DNA from: Negaprion brevirostris
Lineage: Eukaryota
DNA: 64,000 bases
NCBI GenBank assembly: GCA_030324005.1
Contig: JARDVH010000179.1
Span: forward strand, 5,794,776-5,858,775
Reading direction: 5' to 3'
Below are positions 1 through 11,585 of this stretch, one piece after another. Each line of letters begins with the position of its first letter. Position 1 is the stretch's first letter. The position numbers and the translations under genes are program-made. The notes beneath the pieces were generated by a model. It made no database searches. It saw only the letters and a program-made list of their open reading frames with translations, and was not told the DNA's origin.

Positions 1-290
1 TAGACTGTATAGGTTTAAGTTGAGGGAGGGGAGAGGTACAAAAGGGTCCAGAGGGCAATTTTTTTCACACAGAGGATGGAGAGTGTCTGGAACGAACTGG
101 CAAGAGGTAGTAGTAGAGGCGGGTATAATTTTGTCTTTTAGATAGCGTTTAGACAGTGATATGGATAAGATGGATATAGAGGGATATGGGCCAAACACAG
201 GAAATTGAGACTACCTTAATGATAAAAAATGGACGGCATTGAGAAGTTGGGCCAAGGGACTGTTTCCATACTGTGAACCTCTGACTCTAA
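1..290 (+). mobile_element. CR1-type LINE 3' end fragment
   Basis: tttttcacacagagg..gtgtctggaac..gagggatatgggccaaac shared with copies at 23.3-24.1 kb and 38.0-38.4 kb. Confidence 0.8.
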
Positions 291-900
291 CTGAAAACAT
301 GAGCTGATACCACACAAATGCTGCAGCTTCACACCATTCAACAGTAGGGCAGACAACATAACGCTGCTGTTAGCTTCTGGAAAGCAGAGTGGCAGAACTC
401 AAGGAGGACTTTTGAATTTGAGTTTAACCACATGTCTGACACCTTATCTGAAGGTGCTGTATCTCCTGCGCATAAAAAACTGCAAATGCCCATTAGCCTC
501 ACCCTTATTTTAACAGGAAAATCTGCGCCAACGCCTTCAACTCTCCAGCTGCACTCTCGGATAAAGGGCTGCAGGTCAATGCTGGACTTGAACAGACAGC
601 TCCAGCCATCACTGAGTATTTATTAGCACACGGCAGGGAAGGAAACAGATGGGAGAGACCTTTATTCCCTCTGCTTGACGCCCCTCAGCATCAGCAAGGC
701 ATTTCCTGGCACCCATAGTGCTAAAGATTCCCTATCTACCAGTAAGTGCTGGCAGGTGCTAAGGTGGGATGACAAGTGCAAAAATGGGTTTGACAAAATG
801 TGGAAATAAGCTCTTCAGGTCAAATATTATTTACATTTGACAACTGAACTGAGGCAAAACACAGGTTTGATGATTCTACAACGCTAAGAGCTAGACTTGC

Positions 901-1127
901 CTTTGCCTCTCCTGTTCCATTCGGAGACGTTCTTTCTCAGCTGCCTCCTGCTGCATTTTACGGAACTCCTCCTGTGCTTTCAGTGCCTTTTCTCGCTCCT
1001 CCTTCTCTCGTGCCGCCCGTCGAAATTGCTCAAAGCTGTCGCTCGACGATTTTGCCGTAGATGATGGAGTAGAAGGTGTCTTTTTAACTAGACTTGCCCA
1101 AGAACCCATGTTCTTGATCTTAAGATC
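901..1127 (-). CDS. brd4: BRD4 long-isoform exon ([13 protein letters not shown]...[22 protein letters not shown]...)
   Basis: ctttag|GAT acceptor; ends at AG|gcaagt (GC donor), 227 nt phase 0-2; KNMGSWASL is diagnostic of BRD4 rather than BRDT. Remaining CTM exons lie left of the window. Confidence 0.93.
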
Positions 1128-1558
1128 CTAAAGTACACATACCCACAAAGAACATGGAAATCCAGGCAGAATTCTAGGCATGATTACAGACACTTCGCAG
1201 TAATGAGAAATTAAAAGACGGGAAAATTAGGTGTTTTTATTCAATTTATGAGCATGACATATCGGNNNNNNNNNNNAAAGCTGCAATTATAAGCATTTTT
1301 CTTTAAAAATTGAAACACTAAACAATCGTTCACTCAGACAACTAGGCAACTCATTCACTAATGCATAGATTTAAAAGACAACTGGTTGGGACAGAGAAGA
1401 ACGCAAAACGCAGCGAGAAAAATCAGAAGTAAATACGTATCAGAAGGTTTCACAGTGACAGCAACATCTTAGTGTAAAACTATTCAGGGCCAGAAAGTCC
1501 TGGGTCAGGGGCCACTTGGAAGAGTATAGTCAATCTCCTAGCTCCTGAGCGAAGTAAG

Positions 1559-1838
1559 TTTAAGTTTTATTTATTAGTGTCACAAATAGGCTTACATTAA
1601 CACTGCAGTGAAGACACTATGAAAAATCCCCTAGTCACCACACTCAGGCGCCTGTTCGGGTACACTCAGGGAGAATTTAGCAGGGCCAATGCACCTAACC
1701 AGCATGCATTCGAACTGTTGAAGGAAACTCACACAGATACGGGGAGAATGTGCAAACCCTGCACAGACAGTAACCCAAGCAGGGAATCGAACCCGAGTCT
1801 CTGGCACAAAGGCAGTAGTGCTAACCACCATGCTACCC
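1559..1838 (-). mobile_element. tRNA-derived shark SINE (HE1/V-SINE-like head, ctaggggattttcacagtaacttc tail)
   Basis: A/B-box head gtggttagcact..gggttcgattccc on minus; near-identical copies at 3.2, 13.7, 16.7, 59.2 kb. Confidence 0.85.
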
Positions 1839-1841
1839 ATA

Positions 1842-2215
1842 GGGCATTTTGTTGGACAGTGGGTTTGCGCTCCTGCCTCTGAGCCGGAAGCTCCGGGTTC
1901 AAGTCCCGCCTCATAACGCGGTCAAACAGGTTGAGAATCAACCTGCAAATCCTTCCAATTATGCTACTGGCTGGCAGTAAGAGGAGGAGAGACTCCTGGT
2001 CAGCCATGCTTGATGTGGAGTGGTGCCCCCTCAAGCTATAGCCCCGGTGACAGACTAATGACCTGTTCCAGGAATTGCTAGCTATGGCGAACATTGCTGG
2101 GAAGTTGTGGGTGATAACTATCAGGCCAGGCTCGTATGAAGAATGCTCAATTGGCCATCACTTGCTCAACTACATTCCAGCAAGAATCAGTGCTTTGAGA
2201 AGTGGAGTGGCAGGG
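1842..2215 (+). mobile_element. Probable second tRNA-headed SINE abutting the first head-to-head
   Basis: cagtgggtttgcgctcctgcctctgagccggaagctccgggttcaagtccc has tRNA-like A/B boxes; body has no other copy here. Confidence 0.45.
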
Positions 2216-2285
2216 GTACGCAAGGAAAGAGAGAAAGAAAGAAAGAAAGATAGTGGCATGCCAGCTAATGCATGAACTCACTCAC

Positions 2286-2416
2286 CTTTTTGGGAGCAAC
2301 AGGGGTTTTAGGCGTTTGTTGTTTCTGCTTGTCTTTGTCCTGAGGAGAAGGTTGCGTGCCGTGTTCTGGAGGGCGAATCACTGGCCCAGCAACTTCCATG
2401 TGTTTCATCTCTGGTC
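2286..2416 (-). CDS. brd4: BRD4 long-isoform exon ([18 protein letters not shown]...[18 protein letters not shown])
   Basis: cctacag|GA acceptor, AAAAAG|gtgag donor, 131 nt phase 1-0. Confidence 0.95.
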
Positions 2417-2865
2417 CTGTAGGTGGAAAAGTGCAGAAGTGGTTCAAATTCATCCTGGGGCAGTGTGACATCTATCCATTTGACCAACACTGGGAGACTC
2501 AACACTGCTGCTTTTTAGGAAGCGGCTGAAGGAGCTGGTTTACTTAAGTACTGCACTAGAGTCCCAACTCAGCCTATTAGCAAAATGGGTTTTTTTACGT
2601 TGGGACGCACCTGAAAAGTACAATTCACGAAAAGCCACAAAAAGTCCCACAAATAAAAGACTGGACCTTTTGAAATGCAAGTTCCAGATGGTGTGACCAT
2701 TTTAAACTTGAAATAGATACACAAGCTTAGCTCAAACATTTGCTTTCAAGCAAATACTGATCAATGCTGTATCTTAAAACCTGCTCACCCAAATAAGTGG
2801 TAAAATATATACGCGAGTGAATATATGGGAGACTGGAACACAAACAGGAGCTTGTGAGTACAGAA

Positions 2866-3133
2866 CTTGAGTATTGCAGTTTTAAAAAAAAAAAGTACTG
2901 TTGAAGCTTTTCATCTTATACTCATCAAGGCAGACATAAGTATGCCAATTTCAAAGGGAGCACGAATTTATACTGCATGACAAACAGCAGTATCTCAACA
3001 GAGCTGACTTGTCATCTTTGCTCAGGTGGTATGAATTATCACTCCCTTTGAAATTTGGTATTCCTCTGTCCATCTGAATGAGTGCAAGATAAAAAACTTT
3101 GACAGTGTATCTCTTTTTCGAGCAACAATCAAG
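2866..3133. mobile_element. Palindromic element with decayed hammerhead cores (Penelope-like pLTR remnant)
   Basis: Inverted arms about 2866-2970 / 3035-3133; minus TTGATGAgtataagatGAAaagcttc, plus cTGAATGAgtgcaagatAAAaaacttt. Confidence 0.6.
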
Positions 3134-3242
3134 ACTAGAATAATTAGAACATCATGTCCAGTTATAAAGTTTGTGTATTCTTACATTTTGTTCTCAGACT
3201 TCAATCACCCCACCACACCCAATGATCATGCTTTTAAGGCAT

Positions 3243-3533
3243 ATTTATTATTGTCACAGGTAGGCTTACATTAACACTGCAATGGAGTTACTGTGAAAAT
3301 CCCCTAGTCAACACACTCCGGCCCCTGTTCGGGTACACCGAGGGAGAATTTAATATGCCAAATGCACCTTACTAGCACGTCTTTCAGACTGTGGGAGGAA
3401 ACCGGAGCACCTAGAGGAAACCCATGCAGACATGGGGAGAACATGCAGACTCCGCACAGTCAGTGACCCAAGCCTGGAATTGAACCCCAGTCCCTGGCGC
3501 TGTGAGGCAACAGTGCTAACCACTGTGCCGCCA
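3243..3533 (-). mobile_element. tRNA-derived shark SINE, near full length
   Basis: Same family as 1559-1838 and 13703-13962. Confidence 0.88.
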
Positions 3534-3869
3534 ATTTATTTTATGTCAACATTTAGACTTCCTTGGATTGGAAATTCTGTGCGCGATTTACAAGAGTGAT
3601 GCCAGAACTAAAGAGTTCTAACTATCAGGAAAGACAGATTGAAAAAAAACTTCCAACTCAGAAATGAGACTGCCACCACACAACGTGTGCTGGATCATTC
3701 TAGCCAAGGCGACAGCAGCCCAACAGCTCTCACACCCCAGTGGTTTAAGGCAGCTTTGAAAAATCCAGATCAGTGTGTCACTCATTGGTCGATATCACAA
3801 TCCCAAAAGCAATCTTACTGTTGAAGGGTGAATGGAAGAGGACGGCAGGTCCGCATATTTAGGGAGGAA

Positions 3870-4415
3870 TCTGCTTGTAGTGGAGGAAGTTCAAGGGAAG
3901 GTTCACCTCGTTGATTTTTGGGATGAAACATTCAGAATACTAGAGTCTATACTAATTAGAGTTTAGNNNNNNNNNNNNNNNNNNNNNNNNNNNNNNNNNN
4001 NNNNNNNNNNNNNNNNNNNNNNNNNNNNNNNNNNNNNNNNNNNNNNNNNNNNNNNNNNNNNNNNNNTTAGACAAAAAATATTGAAACACAAGATTTGAGG
4101 AGCACTTGACAGAGTAGATATTGAGAGGAATCCAGAACTAAGAGATAAAGAGTGAGAGGGTCTTCTATCTAAGACGGGGAATGAGGAAAAATTTCCCCCC
4201 TCAAAGTGCTGTTAATCCTTAGAATTCTCTATCCTAGAGGCGAGGTCACTGAATGTATTCAAGGCTGAGATTCTTGATTTATAAAGGGAATCAAAGGCTA
4301 TGGGAAGGCAGACAGGAAAGTGGAGTTGAGGCCACAATTAGATCTTGATGAATGGCACAGGAAGGTCAACAGGCTAAATCGGCCTACTACTGGTCCTATT
4401 TCTTATTTTCTTTTG
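3870..4415 (+). mobile_element. CR1-type LINE 3' fragment (spans an N gap)
   Basis: Decayed 3' ORF2/tail motifs (gagtttag, gaattctctatcc, ggcctactactggtcctatttc) shared with other CR1 copies. Confidence 0.65.
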
Positions 4416-4831
4416 CTCTTAAATGCATGCTCAGCTGAGAGCGGCAGTCAGATAACCACAAATCCTATCAGTTCCTGATTCAGCTATGCTGTTAAGTTAC
4501 CTGCATCCTGTACTTAATGACTGGGTCTTCTGCTTGTCAGTAACAAATTATTTCATCCCTCCAGGGGAGGAGATCACAGTGGCGCCGCATATTGTGTTGC
4601 TGCTCTCTGCAGCGACAAGTGAGAAAATATGGTTAGTGGCACTCCATAGTGAGTTCGGATTTCTGGGTGTTTCAACAGATGGTAGTGGAGGGGGGTTAAA
4701 ATTGTTTCCCTATTAGCATTAATGATATAGGCACAGGGACACTGGAAAGAGTGTAGCAATAAAAAAACAAAAAGCCTCTAGAATTGTGGCTTTCTTTCAT
4801 ATTTCTAGAGGCACACACATCTGCTAGACTT

Positions 4832-5767
4832 TGTTACAATCCACGTGGAGACCAATAACTTAAGGAATCCCCCACAATGCCAAAGAAAACCGCTGGACAA
4901 GATTTCGCTTTTTAAAACTTTTACTGTAACAAACCAACTAAAATCAACACAACTCAAACATTAACAGGCGAAGGATTTTTCAAATAAAAAGTTAAATTTT
5001 GCTTAAATAGTCAATACAACAAAGATACGCCTCACGTAGTTACAAGAATTCACAATCCATGTGGCAGCGAGTGCAATCTCTCAGGCTTTCCATCTCGGCC
5101 TTCGATTTATGGGACCTCTCACTTCCCATCCAATCCTTTTGGCTCCAGTTGTGTTCATCAGCAGCTGCATTCCATCCGGAGTCTTACTACCAAAAGGCTC
5201 ACATCCACGAACCCTTTCTCACTCAGGTCACGGCAATCCCGATAATATAGAATCCCCAGAAACTTCCTTCTCCGACCTCTTTAAACGGTCTGGTGTGCTC
5301 TGGCACCACTTCAATAGCAGCAGTGTGCATTGTCCAGTCCATAATTCCTCACTCTTCCCGTCTTCAGTGTTCTGTCCTTTCCAACTGTATAACACACAAA
5401 GTAACACAATCTCTGCTCTGTTCTCAGAGATCTGCTTCAACACCAGGATCTGTTCGAAGACTGCCAAACTGATAACTGTTCCATTCGGAGAGAGCCTTGC
5501 TTGTTTCTCTTTGCATGAATTCCCAGTCCTCTGAACTGTCAAACAGAATAAAGCCCACCCTACTGTAATTAGCTTTCTATTTACCCTTTGCTTCTTTGCT
5601 CTTCATCCCCAGGTCACATGCATTACTTGGAACTTAATGTCATAAACAGGATACCAATTAACCTTCCTTCAAAACTGCTCCTCAGCACATTTTATTCTTA
5701 AAAGGACATTGCACAAAAAACCCCAGATCTTTCCCAGCACATGGTCATCAGTTTTTCAAATATGACA
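4832..5767 (-). mobile_element. Putative solo LTR
   Basis: About 936 bp block bounded by TGTTAC...ATGACA (TG..CA imperfect inverted termini); no coding potential; TSD only imperfect. Confidence 0.45.
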
Positions 5768-6067
5768 ACACTGCAAACTTATACCTGACATGGTTCAAAC
5801 TTAAGACTTCCTTCTGGGGATACAAAAGCTGCATAACAGGATTTCCATTTATAGCAGACAACTCAGCCAAATTTCAACTCAATCATTAAGCATTTGAAAT
5901 ATTAATAATAAAGGACCTTTTGAAATGCAGCAGCAGCAGCAGGGGGGTATGACATTTGCTATTAAAACATAGCTCTGAATTTCCATGTCCTTCATTGTTG
6001 CCAAACTTACTTCCCATTCAATCTAAACACTGCTCCATTATAAAACTGGTTTTCATGCATATCAGAA

Positions 6068-6300
6068 AAAGATCTGCATTGCTGTAGCACCTTTCATGAT
6101 CTCAATGCCCCAAAGCACTTTAGAATCAATTAAGTACTTTTCCAGTGTAGCTAGTGTTGCGATATAAGAAAAACAGCAGCCAATCTGTTCACAGAACGTT
6201 CCCATAAACTGTAATGTGATAAATGAGATCATCTATTTTAGTGAAATTGGTTGTGAAACGAATATTGGCTCGGACTGGGAAGAGCATCTTCTTTTTTTAA
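6068..6300 (-). mobile_element. Deu-type SINE (SacSINE1/AmnSINE-like) 3' part
   Basis: Aligns by eye with 21188-21620 and 33250-33670. Confidence 0.65.
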
Positions 6301-6829
6301 AACTTCATTTAAGGGAGGTGGGTGTCACTGGCTAGACCAGCATTTTATTGCCCACCCCAAATTGCCCTCGAGAAGGCGATAGCGAGCAACCTTCTTGAAT
6401 CCTGCAGCCATATATTCCCAAGTCAGGATGACGTGCGGTTTGAAAGGAAACTTCCAGTGATGGTGTTCCCATATGTCAATGCCCTTGTCCTTATAGCTGA
6501 TAGTGGTCGTGAGTCTGAGAAAGGAAATCCTAGCATTTGTGTTGCGCCTCATCACTTTTAAAAAACTACATTTACAATGGGTGCACCGCTGGCTGGGCCA
6601 GCATTTATTGCCCACCCCCAACTGTCCTTGAACTGAGTGGCTTGGCAGGCCACTTCAGAGGGTAGTTCAGTTAACCATTGTCAAACCTTTTCACATGCAA
6701 TGAATTCCTTAGAAGCAGTGCAACTGCTAAATTGGCAAACATTTCACAAAGCAATGCTCCAAAAAAAAAGCCAAGAAAAATGACCGCACAGTGATATCAG
6801 AAGGGGAAAACATCCTTTAAAGACACAGA

Positions 6830-7090
6830 TTACAAAAAGGGAATTCAGCCCTTTGAGCCTGTTCTGCCATTTAACTGGCTCATGGCTGACCTGCACCTTA
6901 ATTCCATTTACCCCCTTCAGTCCAAATCATTTAATGTATAGCAATCACTCCTAAATCTAGGTTATGAAATTTCCAACTGATGTTCAGCCATTATAACCAA
7001 AAGAAAGTGTTGCAGATTGCTCCTACGCTTTGTGTAAGTACTTCCTGACATCACCCCTGAATAGACTAGCTCTTATTTTAAGGTTGATGG
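6830..7090 (-). mobile_element. CR1-type LINE 3' fragment
   Basis: ttcagccctttgagcctgttctgccattt.. is the reverse complement of the CR1 tail seen at 13.4 and 36.4 kb. Confidence 0.6.
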
Positions 7091-7193
7091 AAGGAGTTCA
7101 TACTTAAATCAGCCAAAGAACTTCCTGCCCCTCTGTAGAGTGCCACATCATTTCCGATGGTGTTAATTTTCAGGGACTGCAATGTTTACTTAC

Positions 7194-7359
7194 TGTGTCC
7201 AAGATGTGGAGGAGGTTTGCCTCCCTCCCTCTGCTTTGATGGCTCCTGGCGCATCGAAGGGCTGAATGCCTCATTTCGGACTGCTGGTGAAGAGTGGCTC
7301 TTCTCCTCTTTCACGCTCACCATTGGTTGCGTTTGCACTATTGAGGGAGTTCGAGGCTC
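7194..7359 (-). CDS. brd4: BRD4 long-isoform exon ([40 protein letters not shown]...)
   Basis: Not in ORF track; cttacag|GAG acceptor, GGACACA|gtaagt donor, 166 nt phase 0-1; human [24 protein letters not shown]. Confidence 0.94.
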
Positions 7360-7644
7360 CTGTAAGACAATAAATTTCCATTAGAGTACACCAACCCAAC
7401 CTGTTGAGATCTCCATACCTCTGGACTGTAAAGCCTGTGAAATGTCTTATAGGATCGCAATAATCTGCTCCTTATGGCCAATGAGTGCTCTTAATGGCAC
7501 TAATTTGCAAAACTAAATAGAAAAGAATAGTTTTTGGAAGAAATTAAGGTAGAGGAGATCCCCTCTGAATGGGGCATTGCGAAAAAAGTAACCAGAGTAA
7601 CTACAGGAGAAACTTTATTCTTATCCTAACAGTTTGTATTGTAT

Positions 7645-7880
7645 AGAATAGAATCCCTCCAGTGCTGAAGGCGGCCACTCAGCTCATCAAGTCTGCACGA
7701 CAACAACCCCACTCAGGCCTATCCCCATAACCCCACATATTTACCCAGCCGGTTCCCCCCCAACACTAAGGGGCAATTTCGCCTAGCCAATCAACCTAAC
7801 CCACATATCTTTGGAGCGGGGGAGGAAACCCATGCAGACGCTGGGAAAATGTACAAGCTCCACATAGACAGTGACAAGAG
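7645..7880 (-). mobile_element. HE1-like SINE, 5'-truncated, CR1-type tail
   Basis: Reverse complement matches 40565-40889. Confidence 0.75.
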
Positions 7881-9343
7881 AAGTTCACAGCATTTTTCTG
7901 AAAGACAGTGATAAAGTCCCTTCCTAATGCTTGCAAGGCAGGACATTGCACTTGTAAACAATATCACGCTCCACACATTGGAGGTGCATGAGTGCGCAAC
8001 CAAGGTTCTGATTGGCATGTTTCTCCCGGGCAAAGCAGAGAGAAGATTCCAAGGGAGAATCACATCCAGGCCATCTCTCACATAGCTGTGAGTGATATGG
8101 AAGGCAGTCATTTATTGACAGGGGCTGCACAGCAGAAGTGGGAGGGAGAAAATTAAGAGCTCAAAACCTCTGTGGGCAGAGAAATTGAATGCTGCACATT
8201 CACATAGTTCAGGCATGCTTCCAGCAATTTCTGTCAGGTTGTAAGTTGCTCTAATTGCAGCCACTCCAGATAAAGATAGTGTGAAAATTCCTCGAATGAT
8301 TTTACAGTTATTGCCCACATACCTGACATTGAAAAATGATATGAGAATTATTAATAGGTTGATATTATACAGTTACAATTTAACTATAAGTTAAGGAGTT
8401 AAGCTCATGATCATTCCCCAAGTAAAGTAAAACTCCAACTTGCTTCGGAGAAATATTTGAATTTTAACTCACTCCCATCATTAGAAGCTAACACAATTAA
8501 GGTAAGTATGCAATAAAACTTGCAATGGAGATCCCTGGTCAGTTAAAATGAGTATATTTTAAAGCCGAATGAAGAGTAAATAACTGCACTTAAGTAATTT
8601 CCCTCCACTTGAACTACTGCACTCGGTTGCGACAGAAGGCTTCATTAACATTCAATAGCTTCAGGGGAACGCCGCAGATATCTATAGCAAACAGTCCTGT
8701 GGAAAGGTGGCTCCCAAACGGAACCCATTTCAGAAGTGTTAGGCTGTGTCGGGTGTTGGGATGAGGGGGAGAGGAGGGATTGACAGAATGGGCCCATTTG
8801 CAGCATTGCCAACCCTGTTAAGTGCATTCAGACTTGTTGAATCTCACTTGCTGGCAACAGTCCAACAAAGCCTTTTCAGTTGGTTACGTTTATCATGACT
8901 ATCACTGCTAACACTGTTGCACTCGGTGTTCATAATGCAGCAACGTCAACAGATCCTTCACAAACAAAGGCTGCTCCCCTCCCACCCCACAATGCTTCAG
9001 CTGGTTAGGGTAGCAAACAGATGAGCTGTACACATCACAAATGGCCCCAGGCCTGATCTTGAGTCTGTGCTGATCCCAGAGGGGGAACTGGCAGGGAAAA
9101 AGGCTGGTTAGGGCTTCCGTTACTAATTGCTATCCAGTGAATCCTCCTCGAAAGCGTACAAGCTATCCTGTTGAGGCAGAAAATGATCTAGATTCAAGTA
9201 TGGTGTTTCCTGTGGTCAAAATGTGTGNNNNNNNNNNACGCATGATTCAAACTGCAGCCCCCCCCACCCCCTCCACCCAGGCCAACATTCCACCCAAGTG
9301 GAATGGACTACACACTAAAGTGACTAATTCCCGTTTTGTTTAC

Positions 9344-9450
9344 CTGCTTCTTTGTTTGTACAGTTCTTGGTGGTGACTGGACAAGAGATGGAAATTGTGG
9401 CAGCGGCGGGGAATGCATCAAAAGCGGGGAGGGAACGTCTGCCAAATGAG
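9344..9450 (-). CDS. brd4: BRD4 long-isoform exon (AHLADVPSPLLMHSPPLPQFPSLVQSPPRTVQTKKQ)
   Basis: Not in ORF track; ttccccgcag|CT acceptor, AAGCAG|gtaaa donor, 107 nt phase 1-0; human HLREAPSPLMIHSP...QPKKQ. Confidence 0.93.
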
Positions 9451-9984
9451 CTGCGGGGAAAAAGAGCAAAGAATCAAAAGTCAATTTCCCGTTGAAACAG
9501 TGTGCATGAATTCTGACTCCTTTCTCGCTGAATTACAAGTAAAGTAGGTATGTTTCAGCAGATGTGTGCTACTGCAGGTCCTCGCAACTAGACATTCTTA
9601 CAACAGAATAGGCCCACTTTTCATACACAAAATCCAAAATGGTGATAGCATATCCACCCATTCGAACAAAGCTCTCACTTTCTGCTCCAATTTGCAGCAT
9701 TTTCTATTCATGATTGAAGAAAACGCTTTGTGGCTCATGGGAGTCATACACCCCAGGAGGCATTCAGCCCATCCTGCCTTGGAAAGAGTCATCAAGTTAG
9801 TTCCACTTCTCCCACGTCACCCTGAATGTTTTTCCTTTTCCGATATGTATCCAATTCCACTTTGAAATTTGCTCAACGGACTCATGTCGGAAAATGTGAA
9901 AGATGCCCACACTCCAGACCTCTTCCCAAGTATTTTCACACATTTATCGTGCACAATCGGCAGAGTGATAGCGAGACTCCTTAC

Positions 9985-10569
9985 CTGTGGAATAGGGGTC
10001 AGGTTTCGGCTGTCGTGGCGAATGGTGGTGCTGGATGACTTGCTGGGGTTTCGCCTGCTGGGAAGGTTGGTGCTGCTGTGGTGGCGGTGGCTGTGGCTGT
10101 TGAATGTGGGGTGGAAACTGCATAGATTGCATGTGAAGCGGCCTGGGCTGATGCTGCTGCTGCTGCACCACCTGCTGCTGGGGTAGAGGCTGAGGTTGGG
10201 GATGCGGTGGAGGCTGGGCGTGAGGCAGAGGCTGGGGTTGCGCGTGGGGTGGTGGGGGCTGGCTGTGGACCGGCTGGGGTTGGGGTTGGGATGAGGTCTG
10301 GACTGTTGAGAGAAGTGGCGTTTGATTCTGGGCTTTCTGCAGCTGCTGCAGGTACAGATGCATTTGACTTGGGTGTAAGGGGATCGAGAGACGAGGTGGC
10401 GGTTCCTCTTCTTCCAGCATTGCTGGCGGCTGCGTCATCTGTGGTGGCTGTAGTATAGATTGCGGGACCATGGGCGGGGACTGTGCAAGAGGCCGCTGCT
10501 GTTTCGGAGGTAGTGGTGCAGCTTTACCGCTGGGTCTGGATGGCTGTTGAGGCAGACTGCTGTGCAAAG
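9985..10569 (-). CDS. brd4: BRD4 long-isoform P/Q-rich exon ([14 protein letters not shown]...KPDPYST)
   Basis: cttacag|CT acceptor, TCCACAG|gtaag donor, 585 nt phase 1-1; [10 protein letters not shown] and [13 protein letters not shown] motifs of BRD4. Confidence 0.96.
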
Positions 10570-10852
10570 CTGTAAGGCAAAATACCACAAAAGGAGTTAT
10601 AACATTTTTCTTTTCAAAAACAAGTTCAGTACACAGTAGAATTTCACAACCAGGCAGAATCAAAAATGATGCCGGGTCCGAAGTGCTTTCCATTTTCTAC
10701 CTCAAAGTAGAGTACTTCATCCTTCATACACCACTGTGGCAAAAGTTGCAATTCTCCCAGAACTGTCCATAGCATACTGCTCCACCACGTTCATTAACAT
10801 TTTTATGCTAATCAAATAAGAATTTGAAAAATAATAGTTTAACATTCAAGCA

Positions 10853-11158
10853 GGAGGCGATGGCCTGGTGCTATTAATCCAGAAGCTCAGCTAATGTTCT
10901 GAGGACCCGGATTTGAATCCCGCCACTGAAGATGGTGGAATTTGGATTCAATAAAAACACCTGGAATTAAGAATCTACTGATGATCATAAAATCATTGTT
11001 GGAAAAACCCATCTGGTTCACTAATGTTCCTGGTCTGGCCAATATGTGACTCCAAAGCCACAGCAATGTGGTTAACTGTCAACTGCCCTCTGAAATGGCA
11101 GGCCGACTAGGTCACTCAGTTCAAGGGCAACTAGGGATGGGAATAAATGCTGGCCCAC
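10853..11158 (+). mobile_element. tRNA-derived SINE family 2 (ggaggcgatggcct..gaatcccgccac..ctagggatggg tail)
   Basis: Copies at 22829-23181 (+) and 22140-22475 (-); fragments at 6310-6680. Confidence 0.8.
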
Positions 11159-11585
11159 GAAAATGCGCACCATCTAAATTCAGGTAAAGATCCTCACGTC
11201 ACTTCACCCATCTCAGTCTCTTTAAAAGGAACTTAGCCTTAGCAACTAAGTTTTCACATTTTGTCAAAAGACTCCAACGTGCACAGGTTAATGGGATTGA
11301 GAAACAGCAGCATAAGTATGTAGGGAAAGGATAAGTCATCCATGTTTGCAAAGTCAGCAATATAATGAAAATAACAAAAGAGAAAGAAAAGCACACTTAG
11401 CCCAACACACTTGCAGGTACTTTGTCAGGTTTCCAGCGGATATAGTATATTTCCACCCACCCAGCAGGAGGGCGCACTGAATGCTAGTGGAAGGAAGAAC
11501 TACAAAGCAGCTTCACAAATCCTCTCAAAGCTTGATGCTGCACTTTCCAGACAGGCGAGAAACAAAACTGCCAGTGCACACAAAC

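Noticed and set aside
5061-5534. 157-aa ORF
   Set aside because: Lies inside the putative LTR, no gag/pol motifs
8615-8815. Second possible acceptor (ttaacag|GGT) with about 66 open codons in the same intron as 7924-8124
   Set aside because: Weak polypyrimidine tract and no recognisable peptide
11461-11478. CTCF-like ccagcaggagggcgca
   Set aside because: Needs an insertion or several mismatches to fit the core motif
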